Shown piece after piece: positions 1 through 9,438 of a DNA stretch of 32,265 nt. Position 1 is the first letter of the stretch, and every line of letters starts with the position of its first letter. Under the pieces are notes generated by a model. It was not told the origin of the DNA. It saw nothing but the letters and a program-made list of their open reading frames with translations, and ran no database searches. The translations under genes and the position numbers were made by a program. The DNA is from a virus (Duplodnaviria > Heunggongvirae > Uroviricota > Caudoviricetes): the IMG/VR virus record IMGVR_UViG_2651869694_000010. One strand, 5' to 3'.

Positions 1-684
1 TTCTGGCTCCGCAATGAGCAAACTGAGCGTTTAATAAGCGAGTTGCAGATTTGCAACTCGGTCAATATAGAGCCAGTTAACGTTATTCGTGGCGGAAATA
101 ACCAGGGGACGTATGTCTGCAAAGAACTGGTGTATGCCTATGCAATGTGGATCAGCCCGTCATTCCATCTGAAGGTGATCCGTACTTTCGACATGGTAAC
201 CAGCGCACCGGAAAAATTATCCGGACAGGCTGCTGACAAGATGCAGGCTGGTGTGATTCTGCTGGACTTTATGCGCCGGGAATTAAACCTGTCTAACTCT
301 TCAGTGCTTGGTGCCTGCCAGAAACTCCAGGAGGCTGTTGGCTTACCGAATCTGGCACCGCGCTATGCCATTGATGCTCCTGCTGATGCACACGATGGCT
401 CAAGTCGCCCCACGCTGTCTCTGAGTGCACTGCTGAGGCAGTATGGTATCCGCCTGACGGCTAATCAGGCATATCACCAGATGGTGAAGCTGGGGATCGT
501 TGAACAACGCGAACGATACAGCCGTACCGCGATTAACAACATCAAAAAATTCTGGTCGCTGACGGCGAAAGGCTGCATGTTCGGCAAGAACATCACCAGT
601 CCTGCAAATCCGCGCGAGACGCAGCCGCATTTCTTCGAATCCCGATTCCCTGAGCTGTTAAAGCTGCTCGATACCGTTCATTGA
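1..684 (+). CDS. KilA-N/Bro-N family antirepressor-like protein, 5' end probably outside the window
   Basis: Frame is open from nt 1 with no in-frame stop; the listed ORF begins at a TTG at 43. Motif [28 protein letters not shown] resembles the C-terminal conserved block of KilA-N domains, which normally lies about 70-100 aa into the protein, so the N-terminus is likely missing. Confidence 0.45.
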   Translation, partial: FWLRNEQTERLISELQICNSVNIEPVNVIRGGNNQGTYVCKELVYAYAMWISPSFHLKVIRTFDMVTSAPEKLSGQAADKMQAGVILLDFMRRELNLSNSSVLGACQKLQEAVGLPNLAPRYAIDAPADAHDGSSRPTLSLSALLRQYGIRLTANQAYHQMVKLGIVEQRERYSRTAINNIKKFWSLTAKGCMFGKNITSPANPRETQPHFFESRFPELLKLLDTVH

Positions 685-685
685 G

Positions 686-1681
686 GTGACCGTGAGAGCA
701 CTACTGACCCCTGAAATTGCCCCGCGTATGGGGATTGTATTGTTCAGGCCAGGTTCAGAGCTGATGCCCCTGTTTATGCAGGGGCGTGTCCTGCTGGAGC
801 CTGAGCCGGAACGTTATTCATCTTTCGCCAGTGGTGCCGTTCCGGCGGCATCACAACCGCTGGCGGATGATCCTACCGTTCGGGCCGTGTTCCGCAATGA
901 GGCAGTGATCCGTCGTGCTGGTGGCGTGGAATGTCTTGAAAGCTGGTTACTTCGTGAAAAGGGCTGTCAGTGGCCTCATTCCGACTGGCACAGCGAGAAC
1001 ATGACCACAATGCGGCACGCTCCGGGAGCAATTCGTCTGTGCTGGCACTGCGATAACCAGCTGCGTGACCAGTTCACGGAACGGCTGGAATCAATGGCAA
1101 CGGATAACTGTGCCCGCTGGGTGTTGTCTGTCGTGCGTCGGGATCTCGGTTTTGATGACAGTCACGTTGTGACAATGCCGGAACTGTGCTGGTGGCTGGT
1201 TCGTAATGATTTGGCGGATGCCTTATCGGAAAGTGCAGCCCGTAAGGCACTGAGATTACCGAAGCCTGTTGTGCCATCTGTCACCCGGGAAAGTGACCTT
1301 GTGCCTTCGGTTCCTGCCACCAGCATCATCCAGGATAAAGCGAAAAAGGTGCTGGCGCTGAAAGTGGATCCGGAGTCGCCGGAGTCTTTTATGTTACGCC
1401 CCAAACGTCGCCGCTGGGTTAATGAAAAGTACACGCGCTGGGTTAAGACGCAGCCGTGCGCATGTTGTGGAAAGCCAGCTGATGATCCCCACCACCTGAT
1501 AGGCCACGGTCAGGGTGGAATGGGTACAAAAGCGCATGATCTCTTTGTGTTGCCTTTGTGCAGAAAGCATCACGACGAGCTGCATGCGGATACCGTGACA
1601 TTTGAAGAGAAGTATGGCTCCCAACTGGAGCTGATATTTCGTTTTATCGATCGTGCGCTGGCAATTGGCGTACTGGCGTAA
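686..1681 (+). CDS. ydfU: DUF968/YdfU-like prophage protein with C-terminal Cys/His (HNH-like) motif
   Basis: 331-aa ORF directly upstream of Q, as ydfU is in Qin-type prophages. C-terminus carries CACCGK...HHLIGHGQGG...CRKHHDELH, a zinc-finger/HNH-type signature. Confidence 0.55.
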   Translation: MTVRALLTPEIAPRMGIVLFRPGSELMPLFMQGRVLLEPEPERYSSFASGAVPAASQPLADDPTVRAVFRNEAVIRRAGGVECLESWLLREKGCQWPHSDWHSENMTTMRHAPGAIRLCWHCDNQLRDQFTERLESMATDNCARWVLSVVRRDLGFDDSHVVTMPELCWWLVRNDLADALSESAARKALRLPKPVVPSVTRESDLVPSVPATSIIQDKAKKVLALKVDPESPESFMLRPKRRRWVNEKYTRWVKTQPCACCGKPADDPHHLIGHGQGGMGTKAHDLFVLPLCRKHHDELHADTVTFEEKYGSQLELIFRFIDRALAIGVLA

Positions 1682-1694
1682 GTGGAGAACGAGC

Positions 1695-2447
1695 ATGAAC
1701 CTTGAAGCCTTACCAAAATATTACTCCCCAAAATCTCCAAAATTGAGTGATGCCGCACCGGCGACAGGCTCAGGTGGTTTAACGATTACGGATGTGATGG
1801 CTGCGCAGGGGATGGTGCAGTCGAAAGCACCGCTTGGGTTTGCCTTATTCCTGGCAAAAGCTGGCGTTCAGGATCCTCAGTTTGCGATTGAAGGTCTGCT
1901 CAATTACGCGATGGCACTGGATAACCCGACATTGAACAAATTGAGTGAAGAAATCCGGTTACAGATCATCCCTTACCTTGTGAGTTTTGCCTTTGCTGAT
2001 TATTCCAGGTCTGCGGCAAGTAAGGCTCGCTGTGAGCCTTGTGCTGGTACTGGATTTCATAATGTATTGCGCGAAGTGGTGAAATACTCCAGAAGCGGGG
2101 AGTCTGTTATCAAGGAAGAGTGGGGGAAGGAACTATGTCAGCATTGTCATGGTAAGGGAGAAGTCAGCACAGCGTGCAGAGGGTGTAAGGGTAAAGGTAT
2201 TGTCCTGGATGAAAAAAGGACCCGGCTTCATGGCGCGCCTGTTTATAAGATTTGTGGGCGTTGCAATGGAAACCGGTTTAGTCGTTTACCAACGACACTG
2301 GCGCGGTGTCATGTCCAGAAGCTGGTACCAGACCTGACTGATTATCAGTGGTACAAAGGATATGCAGATGTCATTGATAAACTGGTTACAAAGTGCTGGC
2401 AGGAAGAAGCATATGCTGAGGTGCAATTAAGAAAAGTGACGAGATAA
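1695..2447 (+). CDS. quuQ: late-gene antitermination protein Q
   Basis: ATG at 1695 preceded by GGAGAA; N-terminus MNLEALPKYYSPKSPKLSD and Cys-rich zinc-binding region (CEPCAGTG, CQHCHGKG, CRGCKGKG, CGRCNG) match my recollection of Qin QuuQ/phage-82-type Q proteins. Sits immediately upstream of the lysis region. Confidence 0.75.
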   Translation: MNLEALPKYYSPKSPKLSDAAPATGSGGLTITDVMAAQGMVQSKAPLGFALFLAKAGVQDPQFAIEGLLNYAMALDNPTLNKLSEEIRLQIIPYLVSFAFADYSRSAASKARCEPCAGTGFHNVLREVVKYSRSGESVIKEEWGKELCQHCHGKGEVSTACRGCKGKGIVLDEKRTRLHGAPVYKICGRCNGNRFSRLPTTLARCHVQKLVPDLTDYQWYKGYADVIDKLVTKCWQEEAYAEVQLRKVTR

Positions 2448-2478
2448 ATGATTTTCGCCGAAGATGGCGACGTAATGC

Positions 2479-2507
2479 TTGCATTTTTCAAAAAATATGG
2501 ATAAAAT
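2479..2507 (+). promoter_or_regulatory. candidate late promoter pR' (sigma70-like)
   Basis: TTGCAT (2479-2484), 17-nt spacer, TAAAAT (2502-2507), located 30-60 nt downstream of the Q stop, where lambdoid pR'/qut elements lie. Confidence 0.4.
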
Positions 2508-2552
2508 TTTTTCAACGATGGGCTTTATATACCCGACGTTAAGAAAAAGTAG

Positions 2553-2580
2553 AAAACCCGCTGATGAGCGGGTTTTTGTG
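2553..2580 (+). terminator. intrinsic terminator (tR'-like) downstream of candidate pR'
   Basis: Stem ACCCGC (2556-2561), loop TGATGA, stem GCGGGT (2568-2573), followed by a T-run; an A-run upstream could make it bidirectional. Confidence 0.6.
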
Positions 2581-2862
2581 CTTTAAATAGGGTAATAGAG
2601 ATGTTGAATCTCATTCCGGGATTCATGTTTGTTTACTTATTATTTATCGGGTGACTTTGCCTGATGTTTAAAATGTTTTCTTCCAGTACTATGTCCCTAG
2701 ATACAATGAGTCTGCATATTACATTATTAGCAGAGCTATTACGGTCAAAGTACAGCATAAGCTTTTAAAGCCAATCAACCAGTCATCAAGACAGACGGGG
2801 TTATTCATGAAAACTCTCCATGTTTGATTCGATGGGGCCTGAAATTAAAGCTTTAATATAGC

Positions 2863-3075
2863 TCATGAAAGGTAAACATTGGCAGCTGAAGGGCCACGCA
2901 GACCATTTATCCGGCAAAATTCCACGCGTAATCCGGTGGTAATTTCTTCTGCATCGCGGAGATTGAGCGCTGAAACATGAAGCTGGACATCGATACGACC
3001 ATCGGATGGGGTGATAAGACCCTTGCCGCTTTTGCCGTCAAAGGTTTTGACAATTCCTGTCATTTTACGGGACAA
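2863..3075 (-). CDS. cspF: cold-shock protein family member (CspF/CspH-like)
   Basis: 70-aa CspA-family sequence [26 protein letters not shown]...[10 protein letters not shown]; same position and orientation relative to Q as cspF in Qin. Confidence 0.8.
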
Positions 3076-3239
3076 AAAAATTCCTTAATACTGATAACTG
3101 GGCGCACTATACACACGTTCCTGAAGAAAGCTATAGTTTTTTGATGGGGTTGAAGATGGCTGGATGTCTAAAATAAACATTGCTTCATATGTTCAACTAT
3201 GCGTTAATGATTGCGTCGGTTTGAAGAACAGACGATATA

Positions 3240-3375
3240 CGAAGTAGTTTACTAAAGCAGTTCTCATTTCAGGTGTTATTCACTTATTCCTTCTTTGAGT
3301 CTCTCCAATTAAGTACGAAGTCGTTTCTGTTATACAAGCCATTTATGCCGAAAGGCTCAAGTTAAGGAATGTAGA
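3240..3375 (+). promoter_or_regulatory. cspB-type 5' leader with cold-shock-gene upstream motif
   Basis: GCCGAAAGGC (3347-3356) about 20 nt upstream of the start codon resembles the conserved element in cspA-family 5' UTRs; boundaries are approximate. Confidence 0.3.
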
Positions 3376-3591
3376 ATGTCAAATAAAATGACTGGTTTAG
3401 TAAAATGGTTTAACGCTGATAAAGGTTTTGGCTTTATTTCTCCTGTTGATGGTAGTAAAGATGTGTTTGTGCATTTTTCTGCGATTCAGAATGATAATTT
3501 TCGAACCTTATTTGAAGGTCAAAAGGTTACCTTCTCTGTAGAGAGTGGTGCTAAAGGTCCTGCAGCAGCAAATGTCATAATTACTGATTAA
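3376..3591 (+). CDS. cspB: cold-shock protein CspB-like
   Basis: [23 protein letters not shown]...VHFSAIQ...[11 protein letters not shown] carries the RNP1/RNP2-like motifs of CspA-family proteins. Confidence 0.85.
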   Translation: MSNKMTGLVKWFNADKGFGFISPVDGSKDVFVHFSAIQNDNFRTLFEGQKVTFSVESGAKGPAAANVIITD

Positions 3592-3872
3592 AATTCATAG
3601 TTTGTCTGTATACGATAACGAAGAAGGCTGATGCCTGAGTGGAGATACAGACAGAGTGGTGAATATTGGATCTCTTTAATAAATAGTAAGGAGGTCCAAT
3701 ACATGAAACAATGGCCAGCATATTTGGCAATAACTTAATCAGGAAAAGTATGCTAACCATTGTGGTGAAGTGCAGGTTTGCTGCATGAATAGTTTTACAG
3801 CAGAAGCTAACTGCTGGCATAGCAAAACAAAGTGCGTAAGTGGATGACTCCCACAAAAAGTACCACAATATT

Positions 3873-3897
3873 AAACCCGCTCAGGCGGGTTTTTTAT
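3873..3897. terminator. bidirectional intrinsic terminator between cspB (+) and a zinc-ribbon gene (-)
   Basis: AACCCGC (3874-3880), loop TCAG, GCGGGTT (3885-3891), flanked by an A-rich tract upstream and a T-run downstream. Confidence 0.5.
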
Positions 3898-3954
3898 TAT
3901 CTGCTTTAAATATGTTATTAAAATATAAAAAATACTTGTTACGAATAAAATCAA

Positions 3955-4125
3955 TCAAGCTACAGCTTTAAGATTTGTCTGGAATACTTTGTTGCAATGA
4001 GGGCAGATCAAAAGGGCACCTTTTTGTACTCTTGAAAAACTGTGTTCTGACTCTTGGGTGCAGTTTGGGCAGGAACATTTAACGAGATAATTACGGCGTG
4101 ATTTTGAGTCTTTACGTTCTGACAT
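3955..4125 (-). CDS. small C4 zinc-ribbon protein (about 56 aa)
   Basis: MSERKDSKSRRNYLVKCSCPNCTQESEHSFSRVQKGALLICPHCNKVFQTNLKAVA has two CxxC pairs; ATG at 4125 on the minus strand is preceded by AGGAAAA. The longer 4176 start is also possible. Confidence 0.45.
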   Translation of the reverse strand: MSERKDSKSRRNYLVKCSCPNCTQESEHSFSRVQKGALLICPHCNKVFQTNLKAVA

Positions 4126-4343
4126 AGGCTTTTCCTGTATAAATGGCCGTATACAGTACACTAAATATGAAAACATATCTCGTATTATTATTTAATATAT
4201 GATTTTCTTTTAAAATAATTACCCACATTTTTAATGTGTCTGTTTTTTAGCGCCGTTGAGAACAACGTTTGCTATAAAAACTAACCCATAGACTCCGATC
4301 TTTTCAAACATATTGCACCATCTGTGTACATCGGGGTGAGGAT

Positions 4344-4559
4344 ATGAAATCAATGGATAAGTTAACAACAGGTATCGCCTATGGCACATCGGCTGGTAAT
4401 GCTGGTTTCTGGGCATTGCAGTTACTCGATAAAGTAACTCCGTCACAGTGGGCTGCAATCGGTGTGCTGGGTAGTCTGGTTTTTGGCCTGCTGACGTATC
4501 TGACAAACCTTTATTTCAAGATTAAAGAAGACAGGCGTAAGGTTGCGAGAAGAGAGTAA
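4344..4559 (+). CDS. S: class II holin (phage 21 S-type pinholin) with dual-start motif
   Basis: [71 protein letters not shown] matches my recollection of phage 21 S and EssD/EssQ; Met1-Lys-Ser-Met4 gives the antiholin/holin alternative starts. Confidence 0.9.
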   Translation: MKSMDKLTTGIAYGTSAGNAGFWALQLLDKVTPSQWAAIGVLGSLVFGLLTYLTNLYFKIKEDRRKVARRE

Positions 4560-4563
4560 TCCA

Positions 4564-5115
4564 ATGACACAAGACTATGAACTGGTTGTGAAAGGAGTCC
4601 GCAATTTTGAGAATAAAGTGGCGGTAACTGTAGCCTTACGGGACAAAAAACGCTTTGACGGTGAAATTTTTGACCTGGACATCTCGCTGGACCGTGTTGA
4701 AGGTGCCGCGCTTGAGTTTTATGAGGCAGCAGCGAGAAGGAGCATCAGACAGGTCTTCCTGGATGTTGCTGCCGGGTTATGTGTAGGGGATGAGCAGTCG
4801 CCGGAAAAGCGCCCCATAATTTTAGAGGCGCAGAATGTGTGGATAACCTACAAAGGAAAGCTACCGGGAAGAATTACTGGTTCTCTGAAGACGCCACCGA
4901 CGGCATTGCGGTCAGAAAAAGATGATATTGAATCGCCCATTGAAAAACTGGAGGGCAGCGTCGCTGATCTGAATAAAAAATTGTCGGTGCTGATCCCTTC
5001 TGAAGATGAAAAAAAACGCCGCGATGAGCAGTTTGCGGCGTTTTACGATTATTGCATTGAAGTTACTCGCAGGAATTTTGTGAAGATTTTTGAAGAGGGT
5101 AAATCTCTTCAGTAA
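4564..5115 (+). CDS. ydfR: YdfR/DUF1327-like protein of unknown function inside the lysis cassette
   Basis: ATG at 4564 just after the holin stop; N-terminus MTQDYELVVKGVRNFENKVAVTVAL matches my recollection of K-12 YdfR. No transmembrane segment is evident. Confidence 0.5.
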   Translation: MTQDYELVVKGVRNFENKVAVTVALRDKKRFDGEIFDLDISLDRVEGAALEFYEAAARRSIRQVFLDVAAGLCVGDEQSPEKRPIILEAQNVWITYKGKLPGRITGSLKTPPTALRSEKDDIESPIEKLEGSVADLNKKLSVLIPSEDEKKRRDEQFAAFYDYCIEVTRRNFVKIFEEGKSLQ

Positions 5116-5323
5116 GCTTAATGGCGGACGCTGCAATTAATTCAGGAAGGTCCGCAAGGTCATCTGTCAGTGGATATGATGAAAAATCGGCGGCAGTTCT
5201 GTTAAGAAGCGCTTTAACTAATTCCTTTTCCTTCTCCGGCAACAAGTTGATTAGAGCTACGACTGCTTGCCTGAGTGCGATTAAATCAGCAAAAGTTTGT
5301 TTTGGTAGATTTGTGTAATCCAT
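5063..5323 (-). CDS. hypothetical acidic small protein, convergent with and overlapping the ydfR-like gene
   Basis: 86-aa ORF from ATG at 5321-5323 (minus), preceded by GAGGTG with 5-nt spacing. Predicted helical and acidic; I recognise no family. Confidence 0.35.
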   Translation of the reverse strand: MDYTNLPKQTFADLIALRQAVVALINLLPEKEKELVKALLNRTAADFSSYPLTDDLADLPELIAASAIKLTEEIYPLQKSSQNSCE

Positions 5324-5436
5324 AGTCACCTCTGTGTTTATCAGATTGACATCCTCCTCCCGCCAGTGCCCATCACTGGTGAGGTAAGATTTAACATATC
5401 CGGGGATTTGAAGCCGATAAATCCTGATAAATATCC

Positions 5437-6464
<1,028 letters not shown>

Positions 6465-6824
6465 ATTAATATTAAATCGGATTATTTTTAGCGCTGAATG
6501 TGAAATTTAAATAAAAAGGACTCTTCCATGAGTCAAAATCCTTGAAATCTTAAGGGTAAGATAAAAGGTCATTAGACAGAATGACACGTTTTATTAATAA
6601 ATAAAGCTATTGTTTCATTCGTGTGTTTTTCTTTACAAAAGTAATCCTTGCTATGGTTGGTTAATCATGCGTTAATGGTGTTCTGGTTTGTTACAAAATT
6701 ATCTGAAGCAGTCATTGTTATAATTTTATTATTTGTACCTCTTGAGATTTCCTTGTTGGTTTTTCTCTCTGATATTTTTTTTCGGACCATTCTGCCCAAG
6801 GGCTAACTTCTTCAAAAGGTAATA

Positions 6825-7040
6825 ATGATGTCTAACAAAATGACTGGTTTAGTGAAATGGTTTAACCCTGAAAAAGGTTTTGGTTTCATCACGCCGAAAG
6901 ATGGTAGCAAAGATGTGTTTGTCCATTTCTCAGTTATTCAGAGCAACGATTTCAAAACGTTAACTGAGAATCAGGAAGTCGAATTTGGTATTGAGAACGG
7001 ACCTAAAGGCCCCGCGGCTGTTCATGTAGTGGCACTTTGA
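6825..7040 (+). CDS. cspI: cold-shock protein CspI-like
   Basis: [36 protein letters not shown]... is a CspA-family sequence, located after Rz as cspI is in Qin. Confidence 0.8.
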   Translation: MMSNKMTGLVKWFNPEKGFGFITPKDGSKDVFVHFSVIQSNDFKTLTENQEVEFGIENGPKGPAAVHVVAL

Positions 7041-7243
7041 GGTAGAAAATATTACAAACCATATTCACTTTAGATGCCCGTGTTGCCATGGTTCTCAGTA
7101 TAGAACATCATCTTTTGATGTTTCTGACAGGAATCCTTTCGGGGCAAAATGTATCTTTTGTAAATCAATGATGATTACATTTGATAATATTTCACAATAC
7201 TTAAATGTTAGCCGTCTGTCGTTAGATTTAAGAAAGTGAAAAT

Positions 7244-7267
7244 GAAGGCTCCTTCGGGAGCTTTTTT
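7244..7267 (+). terminator. candidate intrinsic terminator
   Basis: GCTCC-TTCG-GGAGC hairpin followed by TTTTTT. Confidence 0.45.
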
Positions 7268-7311
7268 GCTTAGTGTCTGGTCGATGGATACTCACATATT
7301 ACGGTAACATT

Positions 7312-7542
7312 ATGAAAAAAATAATAGTTTTTTTTAACTCTGAACCAGCAATGGTAGTGCCAGTGATGACCGGAGTTAACACCATCATGCGTGAATATCC
7401 AAATGGCGAAACAACACACCTCACTGTAATGGCTGCAGGGTTTCCATCTCTGACCGGAGATCATAAAGTCATTTATGTTGCAGCGGATCGACATGTAACT
7501 TCAGAAGAAATTCTGGAAGCAGCAATGAGACTCTTGAATTGA
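7312..7542 (+). CDS. hypothetical small protein (about 76 aa)
   Basis: ORF from ATG at 7312 (the listed ORF starts at an upstream GTG, 7273): MKKIIVFFNSEPAMVVPVMTGVNTIMREYPNGETTHLTVMAAG... No confident family assignment; occupies the Qin accessory position between cspI and gnsB. Confidence 0.35.
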   Translation: MKKIIVFFNSEPAMVVPVMTGVNTIMREYPNGETTHLTVMAAGFPSLTGDHKVIYVAADRHVTSEEILEAAMRLLN

Positions 7543-7711
7543 TTTGATTCTAATGCATTGATAATAAATGATAATCATCTTTATCTGTTTGTGTGAAATT
7601 TAGACCGTCGTATGTTGATTATTGCGATGTTTCATCTTATCTTTTATACGTTTGCTCCATATAATTGACACTACTGTGTACCAGGAAAGTCATAACAGAC
7701 TAAAAGAGGAA

Positions 7712-7889
7712 ATGATGAACATTGAAGAGTTAAAAACAAAAACAGAAGCAGATATTTCTGAATATATAACAAAAAAAAATCATTGAGCTTAAGAAAAAGA
7801 CCGGGAAAGAAGTTACCAGTATCCAGTTTACTGCACGGGAAAAAATGACTGGTCTTGAAAGCTATGATATCAAGATTGATTTAATCTAG
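7712..7889 (+). pseudogene. gnsB: gnsB/gnsA-family gene interrupted by a frameshift in an A9 run
   Basis: MMNIEELKTKTEADISEYITKK runs into a TGA at 7784-7786; removing one A from the A9 tract (7771-7779) restores ...IIELKKKTGKEVTSIQFTAREKMTGLESYDIKIDLI, matching GnsA/GnsB-family proteins as I recall them. Confidence 0.55.
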
Positions 7890-8184
7890 TATGTTTATAG
7901 TATTAGCATCAATTTCTCATCAGATGCTATTCAACAATACAAATTACCCATAAACCTCGTTTTTACGGGGTTTTGTTATATTTAAACATTACCGAATAGA
8001 TATAAATCTCGATTGTCGATGGTATTGGTTGTGTGACAATACCTAGTCTTTCCGGTATGCCTGAAGAGAATACAAACGACAGATTATGTAAGGGAAACGC
8101 GCTGAAACTTTCACTCTTTCATGCTGAGTGATTTGACGTTATATTTTTAGCCGCAAGTGAAGAGCAAACGCATGGAGCGACAAA

Positions 8185-8391
8185 ATGCATAAAGATCAAT
8201 ATACTGATGCCCCCTCCCAGGAGCAGGTTCGTGTAAAAACTATGCTTAATAGCACCATTTCGATGGGTTACCCGGATGTTGTAATTGCATGTATAGAACA
8301 TCAAGTATCTCTGGAAGCATTCAGGGCAATTGAGGCCGCGTTAGTAAAGCACGATAAGAATACGAAGGATTATTCCCTGGTGGTTGACTGA
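8185..8391 (+). CDS. hypothetical small protein (68 aa)
   Basis: ORF only; lies where Qin carries ydfO/ynfO-type accessory genes, but I cannot confirm identity. Confidence 0.3.
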   Translation: MHKDQYTDAPSQEQVRVKTMLNSTISMGYPDVVIACIEHQVSLEAFRAIEAALVKHDKNTKDYSLVVD

Positions 8392-8754
8392 TCACCATAA
8401 CTGCTAACCATTCTGACCATTTCACAAGTGACAGAGTCAATATCGTATTCTGTCACTGTCAGGCTAATACAGTACTGCAATTCAACTACAGCAATGCCTC
8501 GTATTTAGGTGAATTTACAATATCGTCCAGTTCGGATGCCGGCTGCATTTCTGAAGATAAGGCATTTCGGTTCGCGTATTTTCCCCTCATGCTCGTCAGT
8601 CCTGCGCGTAGTAAGAAACAGGACACTCACACTAATTTGTGTGGGCATGCTGTGATGTCCTTCTGAATTATCCCCACGCCATTATGTAAAGCTCTGTTTC
8701 AGATGCTCGTCACGGTTGTCAGGCTGTCGGGTCCTCCCTGTGGGGGGCCCTGCC

Positions 8755-8774
8755 ACGGGGCGGGAGCGTCGCGG
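8755..8774. other. cos site (cosN-like cohesive-end region)
   Basis: ACGGGGCGGGAGCGTCGCGG resembles the lambda cosN context ACG-GGGCGGCGACCT-CGCGG as I recall it (four of twelve core positions differ). It lies about 170 bp upstream of the terminase small subunit in a 550-bp non-coding region. Confidence 0.45.
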
Positions 8775-8943
8775 AAAAAGGCTAGTTTTTGAAATTTTAT
8801 TCGTCATCACCACTACTGTAATTGATTGATATTGCAGTGGTTTTATTTTTATGGTGTCGATTCTGATTGTTTTTTGTTCATCACTAACACCGTTTGCCTA
8901 AAGTTGTTCGCAAGATGCATGTTTAAAACATTCTGGAGCGGGT

Positions 8944-9438
8944 ATGGATCGAGAGTTAAAAAATCTGACGCTTAATATCAGTCAACTGGCGGCACTGTCA
9001 GGTGTACATCGCCAGACTGCTGCGGCAAGGCTGCAAAATCTACCCGTTGCAGGGGGGCATGAAAGCAACCTCAAGCTTTATCGGGTGGTTGATATTGTGT
9101 CGGCATTTCTGGCATTACCACCGCCGGTTGCAGAAGGCGAAATGGACGCGCATGAGCGCAAAGCCTGGTATCAGTCTGAACGTGAGCGTCTTAAGTTCGA
9201 ACAGGAAACGGCACAACTCATTCCGGCCAGTGATGTCAGACGGGAGTTTGCCATCTGGGCAAAAGCGGTCGTGCAGGTGCTGGAGACATTACCGGATATT
9301 CTTGAACGTGACTGCGGTCTGCAGCCTGCCGCTGTGAGCCGTGTTCAGTCCATTATTGATGATCTGCGCGATCAGATAGCCCTGCGGGTGACTGAAGCAG
9401 GTGCGGATGATGAGGAGGAATTACAGCAGGAGGAGTAA
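8944..9438 (+). CDS. terminase small subunit (Nu1/NohA-NohD-like)
   Basis: 164 aa with N-terminal helix-turn-helix-like segment LNISQLAALSGVHRQTAAARL and acidic C-terminus, immediately upstream of the large terminase. Confidence 0.8.
   Translation: MDRELKNLTLNISQLAALSGVHRQTAAARLQNLPVAGGHESNLKLYRVVDIVSAFLALPPPVAEGEMDAHERKAWYQSERERLKFEQETAQLIPASDVRREFAIWAKAVVQVLETLPDILERDCGLQPAAVSRVQSIIDDLRDQIALRVTEAGADDEEELQQEE

Noticed and set aside
400-630. 76-aa minus-strand ORF inside the KilA-N-like gene
   Set aside because: It is antisense within a longer ORF that carries a recognisable domain; Arg-rich composition typical of chance antisense frames.
3581-3868. 95-aa hydrophobic ORF on the minus strand spanning the cspB 3' end and downstream spacer
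   Set aside because: Its start abuts the bidirectional terminator hairpin, leaving no room for a promoter, and the composition looks like AT-rich spacer translated by chance. The region is kept as a finding only for its SD-led mini-ORF on the plus strand.
9002-9337. 111-aa alternative-frame ORF overlapping the terminase small subunit
   Set aside because: It overlaps the terminase small subunit gene in another frame; the terminase frame has the helix-turn-helix-like N-terminus and the expected position.
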